A DNA stretch of 58,001 nt from the NCBI GenBank assembly GCA_002633005.1, contig NMRA01000165.1, positions 596,489 to 654,489 on the forward strand, in the 5' to 3' direction. Numbering within the stretch: the first letter of the stretch is position 1; every line of letters begins with the position of its first letter. Shown here piece after piece: positions 11,168 through 23,765 of this stretch. Below the pieces are notes generated by a model. That model ran no database searches, was not told the DNA's origin, and worked only from the letters and a program-made list of their open reading frames with translations. The DNA comes from Phoronis australis (Eukaryota; Animalia; Phoronida). A program made the translations under genes and the position numbers.

Positions 11168-14100
11168 TGTAAGTGGAGGGAAAAAAGCCGGCTACTGCGC
11201 TTGTGTGTAATGCTTTATTGTTTCAAAAAATTAACCACAAAACAAGAAACAGAATAGTTACAGCGCATACCATAGACCGAACTGTGCTAATATGAAAAGA
11301 TGGGGTACAACCACACCTTAAACAAATTAAAAAAAAACACTAGCATAAATACTCATCAAGTGGGTACATTAATTTGACTGCACTAAAATGCGTTCATAAC
11401 TAGGGGTATTTCCGCTGAAGTGCAATGCACATTTGTACAACATGTACATATCAGTTTTAAGCAAGCGCAATTCGAAAGTGCATGCAACTACGAGGCTATA
11501 CATCATGCATAAGTGACGAGAAATAATCATCACTCTCACTCTACAGAAAATGTCGGGAACAAAGAGGCCTCCAACGGTTACCTACACGCAGAGCCACGTC
11601 ATCACAATACTAAATTTCTGCAGCTGACTCTACATATCGCCTCTCAAAACTACTCAATTCTAAATTATAATTACATTCAAAACAACGAATAGGCCATATA
11701 TCTCTTAGGTTGGCATAGCAATAGTCGGAGATAACATGTCTGTAATTTTGATAACCAGACTGATGCCCGTTATTCAGTAAAGAACACCGGTTCTCAAAAT
11801 GCGGGCACGTTATATCCGACCATTACCGATAGCCACTATACAAATATTACATTACTGTTCTGTCTCCAACAACAAACGTAACTTATGCACAGGTCAATGC
11901 ACAGTGGTGAACTTAGTATTTACGATTGCATTTTTGACAAAACCCTTCTTGCTATGCATCATCTCCAAAACTCATCGCTGACGTTCTCGCAAAGAGTAGT
12001 TGTACTCTGAGTAATCACTGCCATATTGTCGGTCCAATATCCATACTAAAAAACCTTACCAACTTTAAACAAAGAGAAGTGCACATCTGGCTGCCGTTAT
12101 ATCAAACCTGGTACCGAAATATGCTTTGAAGAAGCAACTCTGGTTTTCCCTAACAAAAAGGAGCATTGGACGCCGTCACTCTCAACAACTAACCTAAGGT
12201 AATATGCAACGCCTTAACCCGCCTCGCTGCCATCCGGAAACACGTGACTCTGGCGTATCACCACCTTCCCAAACCCAAGGGTAACAACACATCCGTTACT
12301 CTTGATTTCCTTAAGTTTACAGACATATGTCAAATGCAGCCTCCAAGTGACTAAACCAGTTCCACACTACTTGTCGACCCAACCATAACACTTTCAGCTT
12401 AAACTTTTTAGAAATCTTCCCTGGAGAACAAACAAACAGCAAACCCGATTGGGTCAAAAAGAGAACTCGCAACCGAGAGGCTATTTCTCGCAGAGAAATA
12501 CTGAACCCAAAGTAATCAGATTGTAGGAACCAATACATGCCTAACGAACGTCCAAGCAAACCGTCGCAAGCCAAATTTAAAGTACGCTCTCCTTTAGCTC
12601 CGTCATCTTCAACATTAGCACCCAAGATTTCTCTACTGTTACTGATCCACATAGCCAAACTGAAACAACATAACTTGCACAGAGTCGAAATAAGTGCAAT
12701 CGCTTCATCAGCACAGTCAACAGTCTTCAGAAAAATCGTCTATACGTACAAACTGATTATAGCTACATGTGAGCCGATGGGAAAACGAACACCATTATCA
12801 ACAGCACGACGCTGAATATCCTGAGGAGACATTGCCAAACAGATGGACCTTTATCCTGTAAGTCTTGACATTACCAGACAAATACCTCGCTGGAAACCAA
12901 AAGAAGCGGAAGCAGTTAAAATCTGCAGGAATCTGACTTGATAATACATTGTCTCTATGTGGGCTGTTAGTGTTACTACCCTTGGAGAAACTTAACAGGA
13001 CACCCGCCAAATTATTAGTCAAGTCTGGATCCGTAAGTAAGATGTCATTCAGAGTCATACCAACGAACTTTGCTCCTCAGTCATAAAATACTCTTGCCTG
13101 GTTTCTTTGGGCATTGCACCCTATGGCGTGGGACCCACAAAACATGACTATTACATCTGGACACGTCTGATTCGGGGATCAATTCCCCATAGCATTTTCC
13201 ATAGACAGTATTCATAAATTGTGTGTAGCCTAAGAGAAAATCATCGTCAAGCAATCATTTTACGTCTAGGACTCTTCAAACGTTGGAAGGCAACGGACCC
13301 GTTACCAGGCACTAACCAACTTCACCGTATCGGAACAGAATACCAATTTCGTAATGATCATTAAATCACACAAGCAGACGAGTGCACCTTACTCATGAAA
13401 TGTTCTTCAACAACACTTCAGGAAGATCCATATCAACCATCGCCTGAATAAGCTTGCCCAGACGATCCAGCTGCTCATGTTCTTGAGTGGAGATGGCGTC
13501 TGCTTTGTTGAGTGAAAGAGTCACTTCATGATCACCCAACCTAGTAGAGCTCTAGAGGAATGGGGAGCATCCCGCGGTCCAGTCCAATCTTGAACAAGAG
13601 CATAAGTACCTGGCACATCATTGGCTAGTAACAACTCAATCTATTCAACAGTTTCACATCTCTCAAATGAGGTCATTTATCAATATCATCATTTGTAGGT
13701 ATATGGTGCTTGGATAACAGCATAAAATGTTTGGAGTACAGCACTGGCAACTCTGCTATGCCAACACTATCAGCGCTGAACCTTCAATCTGAAGGCTACA
13801 TGTACTAACCGCTTTACCCTTGAGAGAATGACAACCACTCATAGTGCTTTCCGGTGATCCTAAGAAGTTTTAACAAGACTTCTGAACTGATAGAAACACT
13901 GTTCCTAAGATCCAGGGAAGCAAACACCACTTCAGACTTCAGGAAATTCTTCGAACCCACGTCAACAGGGATGCCACAGTGGAGCCCATAAGATGCAGTC
14001 TTCACCTGTATCGAAGCTTCGTCACCTGCTGACACTTCCCTAGCTGGAGAAATAAACTCAGAAGGCAAGGCACTAGGATGACGTCCATTACATTGTTCAC

Positions 14101-14900
14101 AATTCATAGCCTTATGGAAACTCCATTTCTTATAGCCAAAGTGAAGGCAACCGAAGTGCACGCCAAGAAATGCAGACATTTAGACTGTGCTTACCGTTAC
14201 AATACATACACCGTGCACTGGGGTTTCCATTCGGTTCAGAACAATTACTTCCTAAGTCAGTTCTGTTAGAATTACCACTGACAGCATGTTAGCTGACATA
14301 GTCTCCACATCACATATATAGCTCTTTTGGCTTCAGTTTTCTCTGACTTTTTCAACTTCTCTAAGGTAATGTCGTCACCACTCTCTTTGTAGATTTGAAC
14401 GATACATTGCCATATGTGGTGAATATACAAGGTCAACTGAGCCACTGTCTTACCGGTACTCATACTATCCGCGTATTCTAACACCCTAATAGCATGCTCC
14501 ATACCCATAACGGCTTTGCAGCACTCAACCAGAAAAATACTGAAATCTCCAAGTTATTCAGATTTTATCGAGCAACACGCAAACCAATTCTTGACGTACC
14601 CATGTACTATCACATGAGAGTCCCCATATCTATCCTTCAAGTCGCAAGAGCTAACTTGTAAATGTTTGCCATAAGTGAAAGCTCTGACACTATTCTATGA
14701 GCCTCCCACAGGTTAATTGCTCTAAATAGTCCATACGCTCGTTGTCAGCTATTATCAGCTCAAACGAGCAAAACTGCCTTTAACATCTGTTGTATTCAAC
14801 AGCTCACCACTGAGCTTGCATAAGTTCTTCAATAAGTCGTAGAGGACTAGAGTGGCCCTTAACTTTCGAGCCTTTGTCTGAGTCGAGTCTGGATTCGGAG
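11168..14900 (-). mobile_element. Decayed BEL/Pao LTR retrotransposon (3' LTR ~11168-11634 plus gag-pol remnants)
   Basis: Minus-strand fragments in BEL order: Zn knuckles FGCL...C..C.GRHPSAL (~14160-14070), W.PRH...PKKPGK (~13140-13090), RT LNDILLTDPDLTNNLAGVLL...FRFFW...VHLFGN (13058-12798), integrase DYFGF (~12510) and VWEG (~12270). Many stops and frameshifts, with a large RT-integrase deletion. Putative LTR TGTAGAG...CTTACA contains AATAAA. Confidence 0.8.
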
Positions 14901-14980
14901 AATAGACAGTGGAGTTTTCACTGATACATATTTACCAGTTACTGTGTTTTGTGGTCTAAGAGTTACACGATATGTATGCA

Positions 14981-15052
14981 GAGGAGACAGTTTAGCTCAG
15001 TGGTGTGAGCTCCGGAGTCCTTTTTGGAAGAACCGGGTTCGAATCCTGGCTT
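14981..15052 (+). mobile_element. tRNA-derived SINE-like head (Pol III A/B boxes)
   Basis: A box tagctcagtgg and B box ggttcgaatcc with tRNA-like spacing. No complete cloverleaf. Confidence 0.55.
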
Positions 15053-18000
15053 TACTGACTGACAATAGAGCAATGCACTAAGGTATCTTCTACTCCTCTG
15101 AGCTCGGTCTTTCTAATTAATGTATGCAAGGGAGTAAGTGATAACCTGGATATAATGCAAATGTGATTTCTGGGGCATTTTCATATTATCATCTAGTATA
15201 TGCATGAACGTCAATTTCAAACCACCATTGCATTTTTCAATTGGCTCATATTTTTCTCTTACGAGACCAAAGTAACTGGCTCAAAGACGAACATGTTGTG
15301 ATACGAGAACCATTACAAGCAATGTTAAATCTGTGTTTTTTATTTTTCTAAAATGTTTACTCTTATGTAGTGTTTTAACTCGTTGCTTTATCGAATTTTT
15401 TTGTTCATTTTGGTCTGTGATTTGTCAAAAATTGATGAAATGATGTATTTTTAGTTATTTTTAATTTTAAAAAACAAATCCACCTGATAACAAAAATAGT
15501 GTTTTTTATCTCATCACTGGTGACGGGATTGCCTGTGCTGGTCTCGACCGGATGACAAATCCCACATAAGTAGGAAATGTCACTGCAATAATTCCTGAAT
15601 TATTAGAATAACGAATATTAATGACAGCAATAGATATTCATTACAGTAATTAATCAGAATCCATGAGTAACAATAGTAATAAGCGTTTATTTCAGTTGCA
15701 ATTATTTATGGACAGTAGTTTTTCCTGGTTTCTGATTGGTTGTAATAGTTTGTTACAGATTTAATCGGACTTATCTCGTGCGCGCCTGGCCAACGATAAC
15801 CGGGTTGGGTGTGGATCTGATCATTTGTTAGTCATAGCCTTCTCTTAGTAAATTTGAAGGTGGTTGTGACTAAATTAACAATATAGCTCGCGTGCTTTTT
15901 GTGGATTTTGAAAAACACAAGATGGAAAATTTTGTTAAAAGTGATGCAAGCGGGCGCTTTTAAGCACCAAGAGGCAGCTTTAAAAATGAGTCGGGGTTTA
16001 GAGCAGCACAAAATAGACTTTTTGGCTTTCTCAGTAAACCAGATGCACGGATTATTGAGTTCGCATATAAGAGCTACTTTCAATGATCGAAACGTATTCG
16101 TGGAAATAGCATCAACTCCACAGAGAAGAAGATTGGGACTGACTGCAAATTAGATTCCATGTAGTTGACATACAGGAAAACCACCACGGGGCACAGAATG
16201 GAACCTTAGGGGATGTACATATCTCTTTTAAATTGGTAGCCCTGTCACGGGCATCTGCTGGTCAGATAGGAATGAAATAATTTAATACGGTTGTGAGTAG
16301 GACCAAAAGATTCTCATTTACTGATTAATATTATGGTCTTCCGTATAGATCAATTTTTGTAAGTCAATTAAAACTATGATTTCATTGCTTTTTCGAGCAT
16401 CCAATGCTAATTTTTGCGTCCGTCAGGTTAGTCAAGGGCGTTTTAGTGAACAACATATTTGGCGTTATCGATTATGACGAAATTAATCGTGCAGTACACC
16501 ACGATGCATTTTCGTTTTAGAGAACCACCAGAGTCTGAGGAAAATGCGAGCGACACAAGTGATGAGCTGCCTAACCAAATGTTATCGCAAGACATTTGAG
16601 CATCGGCATCCGCCCCACCGTACAGCTGAATCTGACATTGGAATACTCGCTTCGATATCAAAAGCTGTCGTAGCCCAGCCGTAGGAAAATTTTCTAACAC
16701 TGTGGAAGTGAATCAATGCGAACTGAACTTTGCAAGATTTACAGAATGTCGGAGTTTCCAACATGTAACTGGTTTCTTAAAATAAATGTGTTAGTCTCAG
16801 TCATTAGTTAGTCTCAACTTCGTTGTTTTACTTTATTTTCCAAGGTTTTTCAACATGGCGTGACCGTTTAAAAGTTGCCATAGAGGGTTTTTACCTTTGA
16901 AAAGCAGGGGAATATATTTCTCCAGGTGTTTCTTGTCAGGGCACCAATTATAATTTCTCGACTTGGTTGTTCGTATGATGACGTTCTCCCTACACAATGA
17001 TTACCCACAATACAGCATTAAGTGGTTTGCGTTCTGTTGTTCCTCAACCTTGAACACGAAATCAGTCAGCGTTTCGGCGTTGGTTTTCCTGTTTTGGGTG
17101 GCCATTCGTATCGGACGACAACAAGAAAAGTGTTGAGAGACGGAAGGGATTCTTAGAGGGCTTCTAGTAAAAATATCGCCTATCGTTTCTATGTTGTCCA
17201 AGAAAAGACATTACAGCATTAAGAACAGGTAAAATTACTACTAGTAGTCATGAAATTTGTCTCAAGTTTTGTTAACTCAAATTTGAGAGGAATTAGTTTA
17301 CGTTCATGAAAAGTGACGGTTTCTTTTAATTTGCTTGAGCCTAGGGTCATCAAGCTTGCTTGTCACGGCGGGTCATTTTAGGTACCAAGCATGGTTTCAA
17401 GAACTGCCAGTTCTATCCCACCCCTTAGAACAATTTTTATATGAGCAAAGAACGTGTTGAAACATGTTTTATTGCGGCAAGCATTTTAATTTCAAAGTTA
17501 TAATTCCTTTGACAGAAGGTGTGCATACATTTATTTGGATACTTAAAATTGTTACCAGCCAGCATGAAAGATATTGCATTCTAATTCGTTCCATTACTTA
17601 TTTCAAGACGAAGGTCTTGGACATTCCGTGATCTACTTTCAGTTTTCTGGTCTCTACTACAGATTTTTTAAATTAATTAATCCAAAAATCAAAATGCTTA
17701 CATTCGACCATGATCAGAACAGTTTTTGTATCAAAGTTTGCCGCCTGTACCTAAATATTCAGCGTTTATGGGTATATGGAAGTCTTTGTCAAAAGCCGTA
17801 CGTCTATAAGTACGTCGGATGTTATTTTTTAGTACACAGTCACTTAAAAGGGGCTTTATGGTAGTTGAGTGTGAATGCGGTCTACTGTTGTATTTACGTT
17901 AGTCGTAATGGTTCGTTCATTTCTAGAGTACAGCGTCGCATTTGAAGCTAGGACTGCCTTAGCTACGTACCCGACTGGGCGTACATGTATCTTTGATAAA

Positions 18001-18257
18001 ACGCCAGTGATAGAGTACAGCGGTTGGAACATGTTTATTATTCATGCAAACTAAGAGTTGATACGAATCAAGTAAGCCAACTGAAAAATGATAAGGACTT
18101 ATGTCATTACTTTGGACTCTTCATATTTATGACATCTTGACCGGTGGGAAGATATTTATGTGAGACAATTGACCCTGTTGAGAAAGTTTTGTGTCTTTAT
18201 AGTAGGGTTGGAAAAAGTGTGAACAGCAGAAGGCATTTTGATAGTGATAACTTCAAA

Positions 18258-18674
18258 ATGGAGAAGAAAAACGTGATGTCCAAGAAAATTGGAAAGAAAG
18301 AAAAGAAAATACTTGAATTTGAGGACATTTTACGATTGATTGGTAAATGGGGACGTTTTCAAAAGTATCAGCTGATGATGCTGGGAGCCGTTGTAATAGC
18401 TACAGCTTTCCATAACCTCGGTATGGTTATGCTTGGTGCTGTTCCAAGTCACCGATGCGCGGCGGATTCAGAAGACAGTGGCAATGTGACGTCGCTTGCA
18501 GTCATTGCCTTCACGAATAGCAGCAGTGATGACGAAAGTAACCAGTGCAGCGTTGTTGTGTTTAACGAAACATTCATTGGCTACAACAGCTCTGGTGTAA
18601 TGACGCCGTGTTCTCTGGCTAGTGGGAAATGGCATTATGACAGAAACGTTTTTACTAGGACAATTGTTAGTGAG
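18258..18674 (+). CDS. SLC22-family transporter paralogue 2, coding exon 1 (TM1 and large Cys/N-glycosylated extracellular loop)
   Basis: Starts aaaATGG. Encodes MEKK...LEFEDILRLIGKWGRFQ...PSHRC...C...C...WHYDRNVFTRTIVSE, then donor |gtaaag. Typical SLC22 N-terminus (F.D.L..IG..GRFQ, HRC, TIVSE). An alternative ATG lies at 18276. Confidence 0.92.
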
Positions 18675-20014
18675 GTAAAGTTTTTCTTTGAATTATTTTT
18701 TTTTCGAATGAAATGACATAATCGGCGGCCATTAAGCTCGAATAAAATGCTCAAAACTGAAAATAATGAGACCATTTTATCCCAGACAACACTCCAACAA
18801 GAGCTTTTTTATCAAATTATTTCGATTTCCTACGCGAATGTTATTCGTTTGCTTTCATTTTCCCAAACATCTGCGAGGCCAGTGATCATCGTCACGTTTT
18901 CGGCCTTTTCAGAGCGGATTTGGCCATGTAGGAGAATAAATTTTACATAATTTTGCCGCTGACTGGACGAGATCAACTGAAAATTTCTAGGAATTAGTGA
19001 AGGATGCAGTCGGCTACATAGTCAAAGAAAATTTTACCAAAAGTAAACATGAATGTCAAACTATTTCTCATACACGGGAGAGGAATGAAAATTCATCTGG
19101 CTACAGGAGCAAGGTCGGCATTTCTAGAAATGCTCAATTTATCCCGCGCGGACGTCCAACCCTCGATTTCGTTACGTATTCTTATTCTAGGGATTTTACT
19201 CGTTGAGTATGCTTTAGCTCTTAGCCTCACGAGATTAGCCATTGCTTGTTTTCATACCGACTTTGATGAATGCTACACACCACCTTCTTCGGCGGCCATT
19301 TTCACGGTGCCCAGCAACGAAATAGCCGATGAGGTCGCATTCTTGATTTCAGATAAATTTAGTCAGACGTTTTTGATAGGAAAGATCGATTTTTAATACA
19401 TTCATTAAAACACAACATATTTCGTTGTTTTATAGCTCTTGGCAAAGTGAACAATTTCAAGAAGTTAATCTTACCTACAGGCAACCCGCTAAATGCTTTT
19501 CCTGCTGTAAAACCGATTGCTGAGCTGAAATAAAGATAGGACCTACTGTAATGCTTCAAATATTACCAAAGTTTCTTTTCGTTAGTCTTACCCGGTATTA
19601 TGTTGGAGAACGGCATTTCTGAAAACTTGCTTGTACTGAGATCTCATTAGTAACAGATCAGTCAAAATGACGAAAGCCCTGATTTTTCAACTAATATTTA
19701 AAATCAAATTTTAAAACTTTTGCATGACATTTTTTACCTGGGTATGAAAGTTCTGTGTAATAATTTAGACATCTACGCACGGTTTATGTTAAAGGAAAAC
19801 GCATTTTGTCAACCGTAGTACATTCGAATCACGGCTTCTACTAGAGAGCGACCTCTATTGTTGCTAAGAACATTGTAACACAAGTTTCAAATTGACGCCA
19901 TGTTTTGTAAGGACTTTCTTGATGTTAATAGTCTTCCAATAAACTTCCGTTTTAGAATCGCAGACATTGGCTTGAAGTTTGACATCACCTAATATTTGTG
20001 ATATTTACATTTAG

Positions 20015-20118
20015 TGGGACTTGGTGTGCGAATCCAAATGGATGGGAGCTTTCTCACAAATGATCTATTTCATTGGATATTCAGTCGGATGTCTCGTCGT
20101 CAGCGATCTTTCTGATAA
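20015..20118 (+). CDS. SLC22 paralogue 2, exon 2
   Basis: Boundaries acatttag|TGGGAC ... GATAA|gtatga; 104 bp. Encodes WDLVCESKWMGAFSQMIYFIGYSVGCLVVSDLSD (WDLVC signature). Confidence 0.94.
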
Positions 20119-21948
20119 GTATGAAATTTACTTTGGGCTCTCGTTCAGTCATCTGGGTTTTATCAAGATTGCATTAATAAAAAGCTGCACTTTAGTAACA
20201 CCTTCATGTACGCGCGTTCTTCATCACATTTCATCAAATAAAATGACCATTGATTTGAAAGTTTGGCGCTGTATTTTGAAATAATTATGTATTCCAGTGA
20301 GCGTATTTTTCACAAATGCAAATAATGTTGCAAATGCAATTTCTCAACACAGGGTTATATTGTTATACCAGACAGCAACAACTGGGCAAGTTATTACACC
20401 ACTCTGTCCCAGACATAACACATCTCAGATAAGCCCAGCATAAGCACGTGATTGCAGCGATACTCTCAGTGGGCTCTGAGCTGGCAATTTTATATTGCCT
20501 TCTTCCATCTGATGTATTTTTCGAAAGTTCCCGCGTTTAAAGTTGTTCATTTTTGTGTGTAATTTATGAATGAATTTGGTGAAAAAATTTCAAAATGTTG
20601 AAATTAAGAGTTCGTGCAAGAGGCGTTATCATTAATAAAAACATTGTTTCAGTTACTTTAACAGACACTTTTGAACACTGTTGTTACGCTCAACTAACTG
20701 AACGAGCAAAACAGTAGTAAAACTAAGCGATAATTCCAGACTCCTGGAAGTTTTGCAAAAAAATGCTCTCTGGCGCATGTTATTATTGCAAATACATTTT
20801 TAATGTCTGCATTTTTATGACCAAATTAAGACCAACATATGTAATACCCTGGGATAATCCGTTTTAAATGATACTTTTTGTATATGAGACAAAGATGTTT
20901 AATTTATTCTGGTGTCCGCGGTAGATGTATATACATATACCGCGGATATCAAAATATATAATCTGCATCTACCACGGATAACAGACTCAGGTTTCTCAAT
21001 TTGTGATTGGCTAATGTTCTTGTTGTTTACTGCGCCCTCCATAGCCTTGTTCCAGCTTCCAGCGCGCAGTCGCCATCGTGCAAGGCGAAAATTTAACCAC
21101 GCCCCTGACTTCAGTATTGAGTTCCTTATTTGGAAAATCTCGTTGCCATTAACCAGCGGACACGAACATGGAATCAAAATGTAAAAATTATGGCCATGGG
21201 GAAGCAATCTGTGCCCATGTGATTGTCAGGAGGGCTAGCCTTCGTTCCTCAGTTACTCGACGATATCTCAAGGACCAATCGTGAACCATAATAAATCGGA
21301 GCCGTCTAGTCTCCGCTATGGCACTATAGTCTATGCCCTCTACTGCTCCACACAGTTTAATCCATAAAAACTTCGTTTTTTACTGCCAAATGGCCAGCTT
21401 AAAACGTGGAATCTTTCTAAATAATGAATAAGAAAGACCATATTTAGTTACACAAGGAGTCTGTAAATTGCCAGATGAAGGAACTCACCTAGCTCAGAGC
21501 CAACTGATATGGCCTAAAGGTAGTAGCTGCCAACCAACTTTTATCTGAAAATTTAGTAGCCCAGAGGGTTCCTAAAACAATATGTGTATTGGCTAAAGTA
21601 AAAAAAATCTGAAGAATGTCTAAGACCGATATAATTCGAAAAGCATTTTCCTACTGCGCCACCTGGTGGTATGGCGTCACAAAATAATACTGATGCTGAG
21701 TCAATGTAGAGGTAACTTAAAAGGAAAGCAACACCATTTGGAAAGAACTGGTCATTTTTCAGAATATAAGCGTGTGAGCTTACTCGAGTGAATATGTCCA
21801 TGGAGATTCATGGTTTATGTGTTATTATTTCATAACGATGACATAAAAGAACCTCGACATTAAGCTAGGCTCTGACTGGACTTCATAGTCGAACTATTCA
21901 CTTTACCCGTTGCCAACGGGACGTACCGTTGACGTCTGACTCTTGTAG

Positions 21949-22103
21949 GTATGGCCGACGTTTAACTCTCGCGATATCTTCTGCCATTCAGCTAGTGTTT
22001 GGGATAGCTGCAAGTTTCTCTCCAGACTTCGTCACATTTACCGTCTTGAGGTTCGTTGTCGGGATAGGTACGGGAGGTCAGAGGAATGCTGCCTTTGTCT
22101 TGG
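21949..22103 (+). CDS. SLC22 paralogue 2, exon 3
   Basis: Boundaries tcttgtag|GTATGG ... TTGG|gtgagc; 155 bp. Encodes YGRRLTLAISSAIQLVFGIAASFSPDFVTFTVLRFVVGIGTGGQRNAAFVLG. Confidence 0.94.
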
Positions 22104-23219
22104 GTGAGCAAGTATAATCGCACCTGTTTTTGTGACTTCTAGTTACTAAATAGATGATGGCAAGTAACTGCAGTGTATGATCATATTTTCGACAATAAAA
22201 AAATAAATTCTAAATCCAAAATGAGGCTATTGCATAAATTTCCAAATGATCCATCGATAAAAACTACAGAATTTTACTGAAGTCGCTTTCATCGTTTTGT
22301 GCTATTGCTTATGTACGGCTATGTTATGATGCGCTATGTCGCTGATGGTTATAGGACAATGTTGCAAACTCACTGATCGGAAGGCAAGCCTGCTATCATT
22401 GACAAGATAGGTGAACATTACGCACGTAATTTAAGTTCGTTACTTAATTATTGTTCAACGCGGTACATTTATTATTACTGGCGCAAATTAACTTCTCACA
22501 GAATAAATTAATTACTTGATAACGTACGTACTGTGAATTCCGATTGAAAATAATTTATTTACGCAACTGAAAATTAATTTGTGTCGCCCAAATAATTAAT
22601 TTATGCCGTAAAAAAACAAGTAATTCATTCATAAAAGTGTAATGATCCTCAAAACGTGTCTGACTCTGGTGTTAGTTAGTAACTTGTAGATGAATATGTC
22701 ATTAAGTAAACAGGCATTTCCTTAGTGCTAAGACGGCTAGAGCATTTAAAACCTTGAAAAAGTTCTAGTCTCCAGATCAGTGTACATTACATGATACGGA
22801 ACGTGTTTCATGGCACTAATTGTGGAATAACGATGGTCGACCGCGTAGTGGTGAGGTAGTTAAGTGTTACAAAGGCGTGAAGCGTTTGTTTCTAAAACTT
22901 TGTAGACGTTCCATAAGTATAGTTGTAAATCTTAGTGTGATAAACTTTTGGCTGACCTTTTTGTTCGAGATAATACCAAACTTTGGCGTGTCATCAGCGA
23001 CCAGAGGAAGAACAGTGTTGTGCTATCTCTGTAAACAAACTCAGAGATTTTAAATTACTGTTATGCGGGACACGCCAGACGGATGGACACTGTCTCTGCT
23101 TTAGTTATCAATCAGTATAACATGTGCGATGAATATATCCGTGCTGCTTCATTTTGTCCCTATCAGGTCTATGAATGCATTGGAAATCGAAATGTAATAG
23201 TTCAACGGGCCATCAAGGC

Positions 23220-23580
23220 ATAACTGCACAGCTTTTCAATTCATATTAATCAGGCATACTATTTGAGAATTTTTCTAGTCTTAAAGGACATGTGCTGTAG
23301 TGCTGATTACAACTCCCAACACTTCTGTCAAACTATCGCCCTATCACATTGTGCTCAGTGTTATCTAAGTTGTTTGAGTTTTTAATTTTTCTTGAGAAAT
23401 TTTATTTGTCGTTTAACTTGGTTTTAGGCCTGGTATAGTACTTGTCAGGGTGTTGTTGTAATTAATGATTTTATACTTTACTCTAGACACATTCATTCAA
23501 ATATATTTATATGTAGCGTTGATGCAGAGAAATGCTTTGATTCTATGTGGCATCATGGATTTTCTCATAATTCAATGGTC
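23220..23580 (+). pseudogene. Non-LTR retrotransposon (LINE) reverse-transcriptase fragment
   Basis: LSNYRPITLCSVLSKLFE (from 23325), LGFRPG (~23417) and VDAEKCFDSMWHHG (~23518) are canonical LINE RT motifs in the expected order. Frameshifted. Confidence 0.8.
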
Positions 23581-23693
23581 AGTAACGTAAGTTTAAAGTC
23601 GTTGCAGAGCTAAAATAAGTTAGTGAACTTTTAAGTAAAAAATGGAAGGGACTGACAATGGATTTATTTCTGTACTTTTAAGTTAATGACGTC

Positions 23694-23765
23694 AGCCGCT
23701 GAATGGTGCAATGGCAAAGTCGACGGCCGGAAACTCTTGCGGACCAGGTTCGAAACCGACCTCAC
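23694..23765 (+). mobile_element. Degenerate tRNA-derived SINE-like head
   Basis: tggtgcaatgg (A-box-like) and ggttcgaaacc (B box). Confidence 0.4.

Noticed and set aside
14981-15052. Functional tRNA gene
   Set aside because: A and B boxes are present, but the acceptor and anticodon stems do not pair; treated as SINE-like.
15700-17100. Crypton-like or piggyBac-like protein remnants (IRATFNDR; FCKSCKV)
   Set aside because: Similarity is too faint and fragmentary to support a call by eye.
18144-18257. N-terminal extension of ORF 18144..18716 from a GTG start
   Set aside because: Bacterial-style start. ATG 18258 has a good Kozak context, and the ORF tail past 18674 is intron read-through.
21656-21670. 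Single strong CTCF-like motif gcgccacctggtgg in intron 2 of paralogue 2
   Set aside because: One isolated match in 58 kb without supporting context; not distinguishable from chance or a repeat-borne copy.
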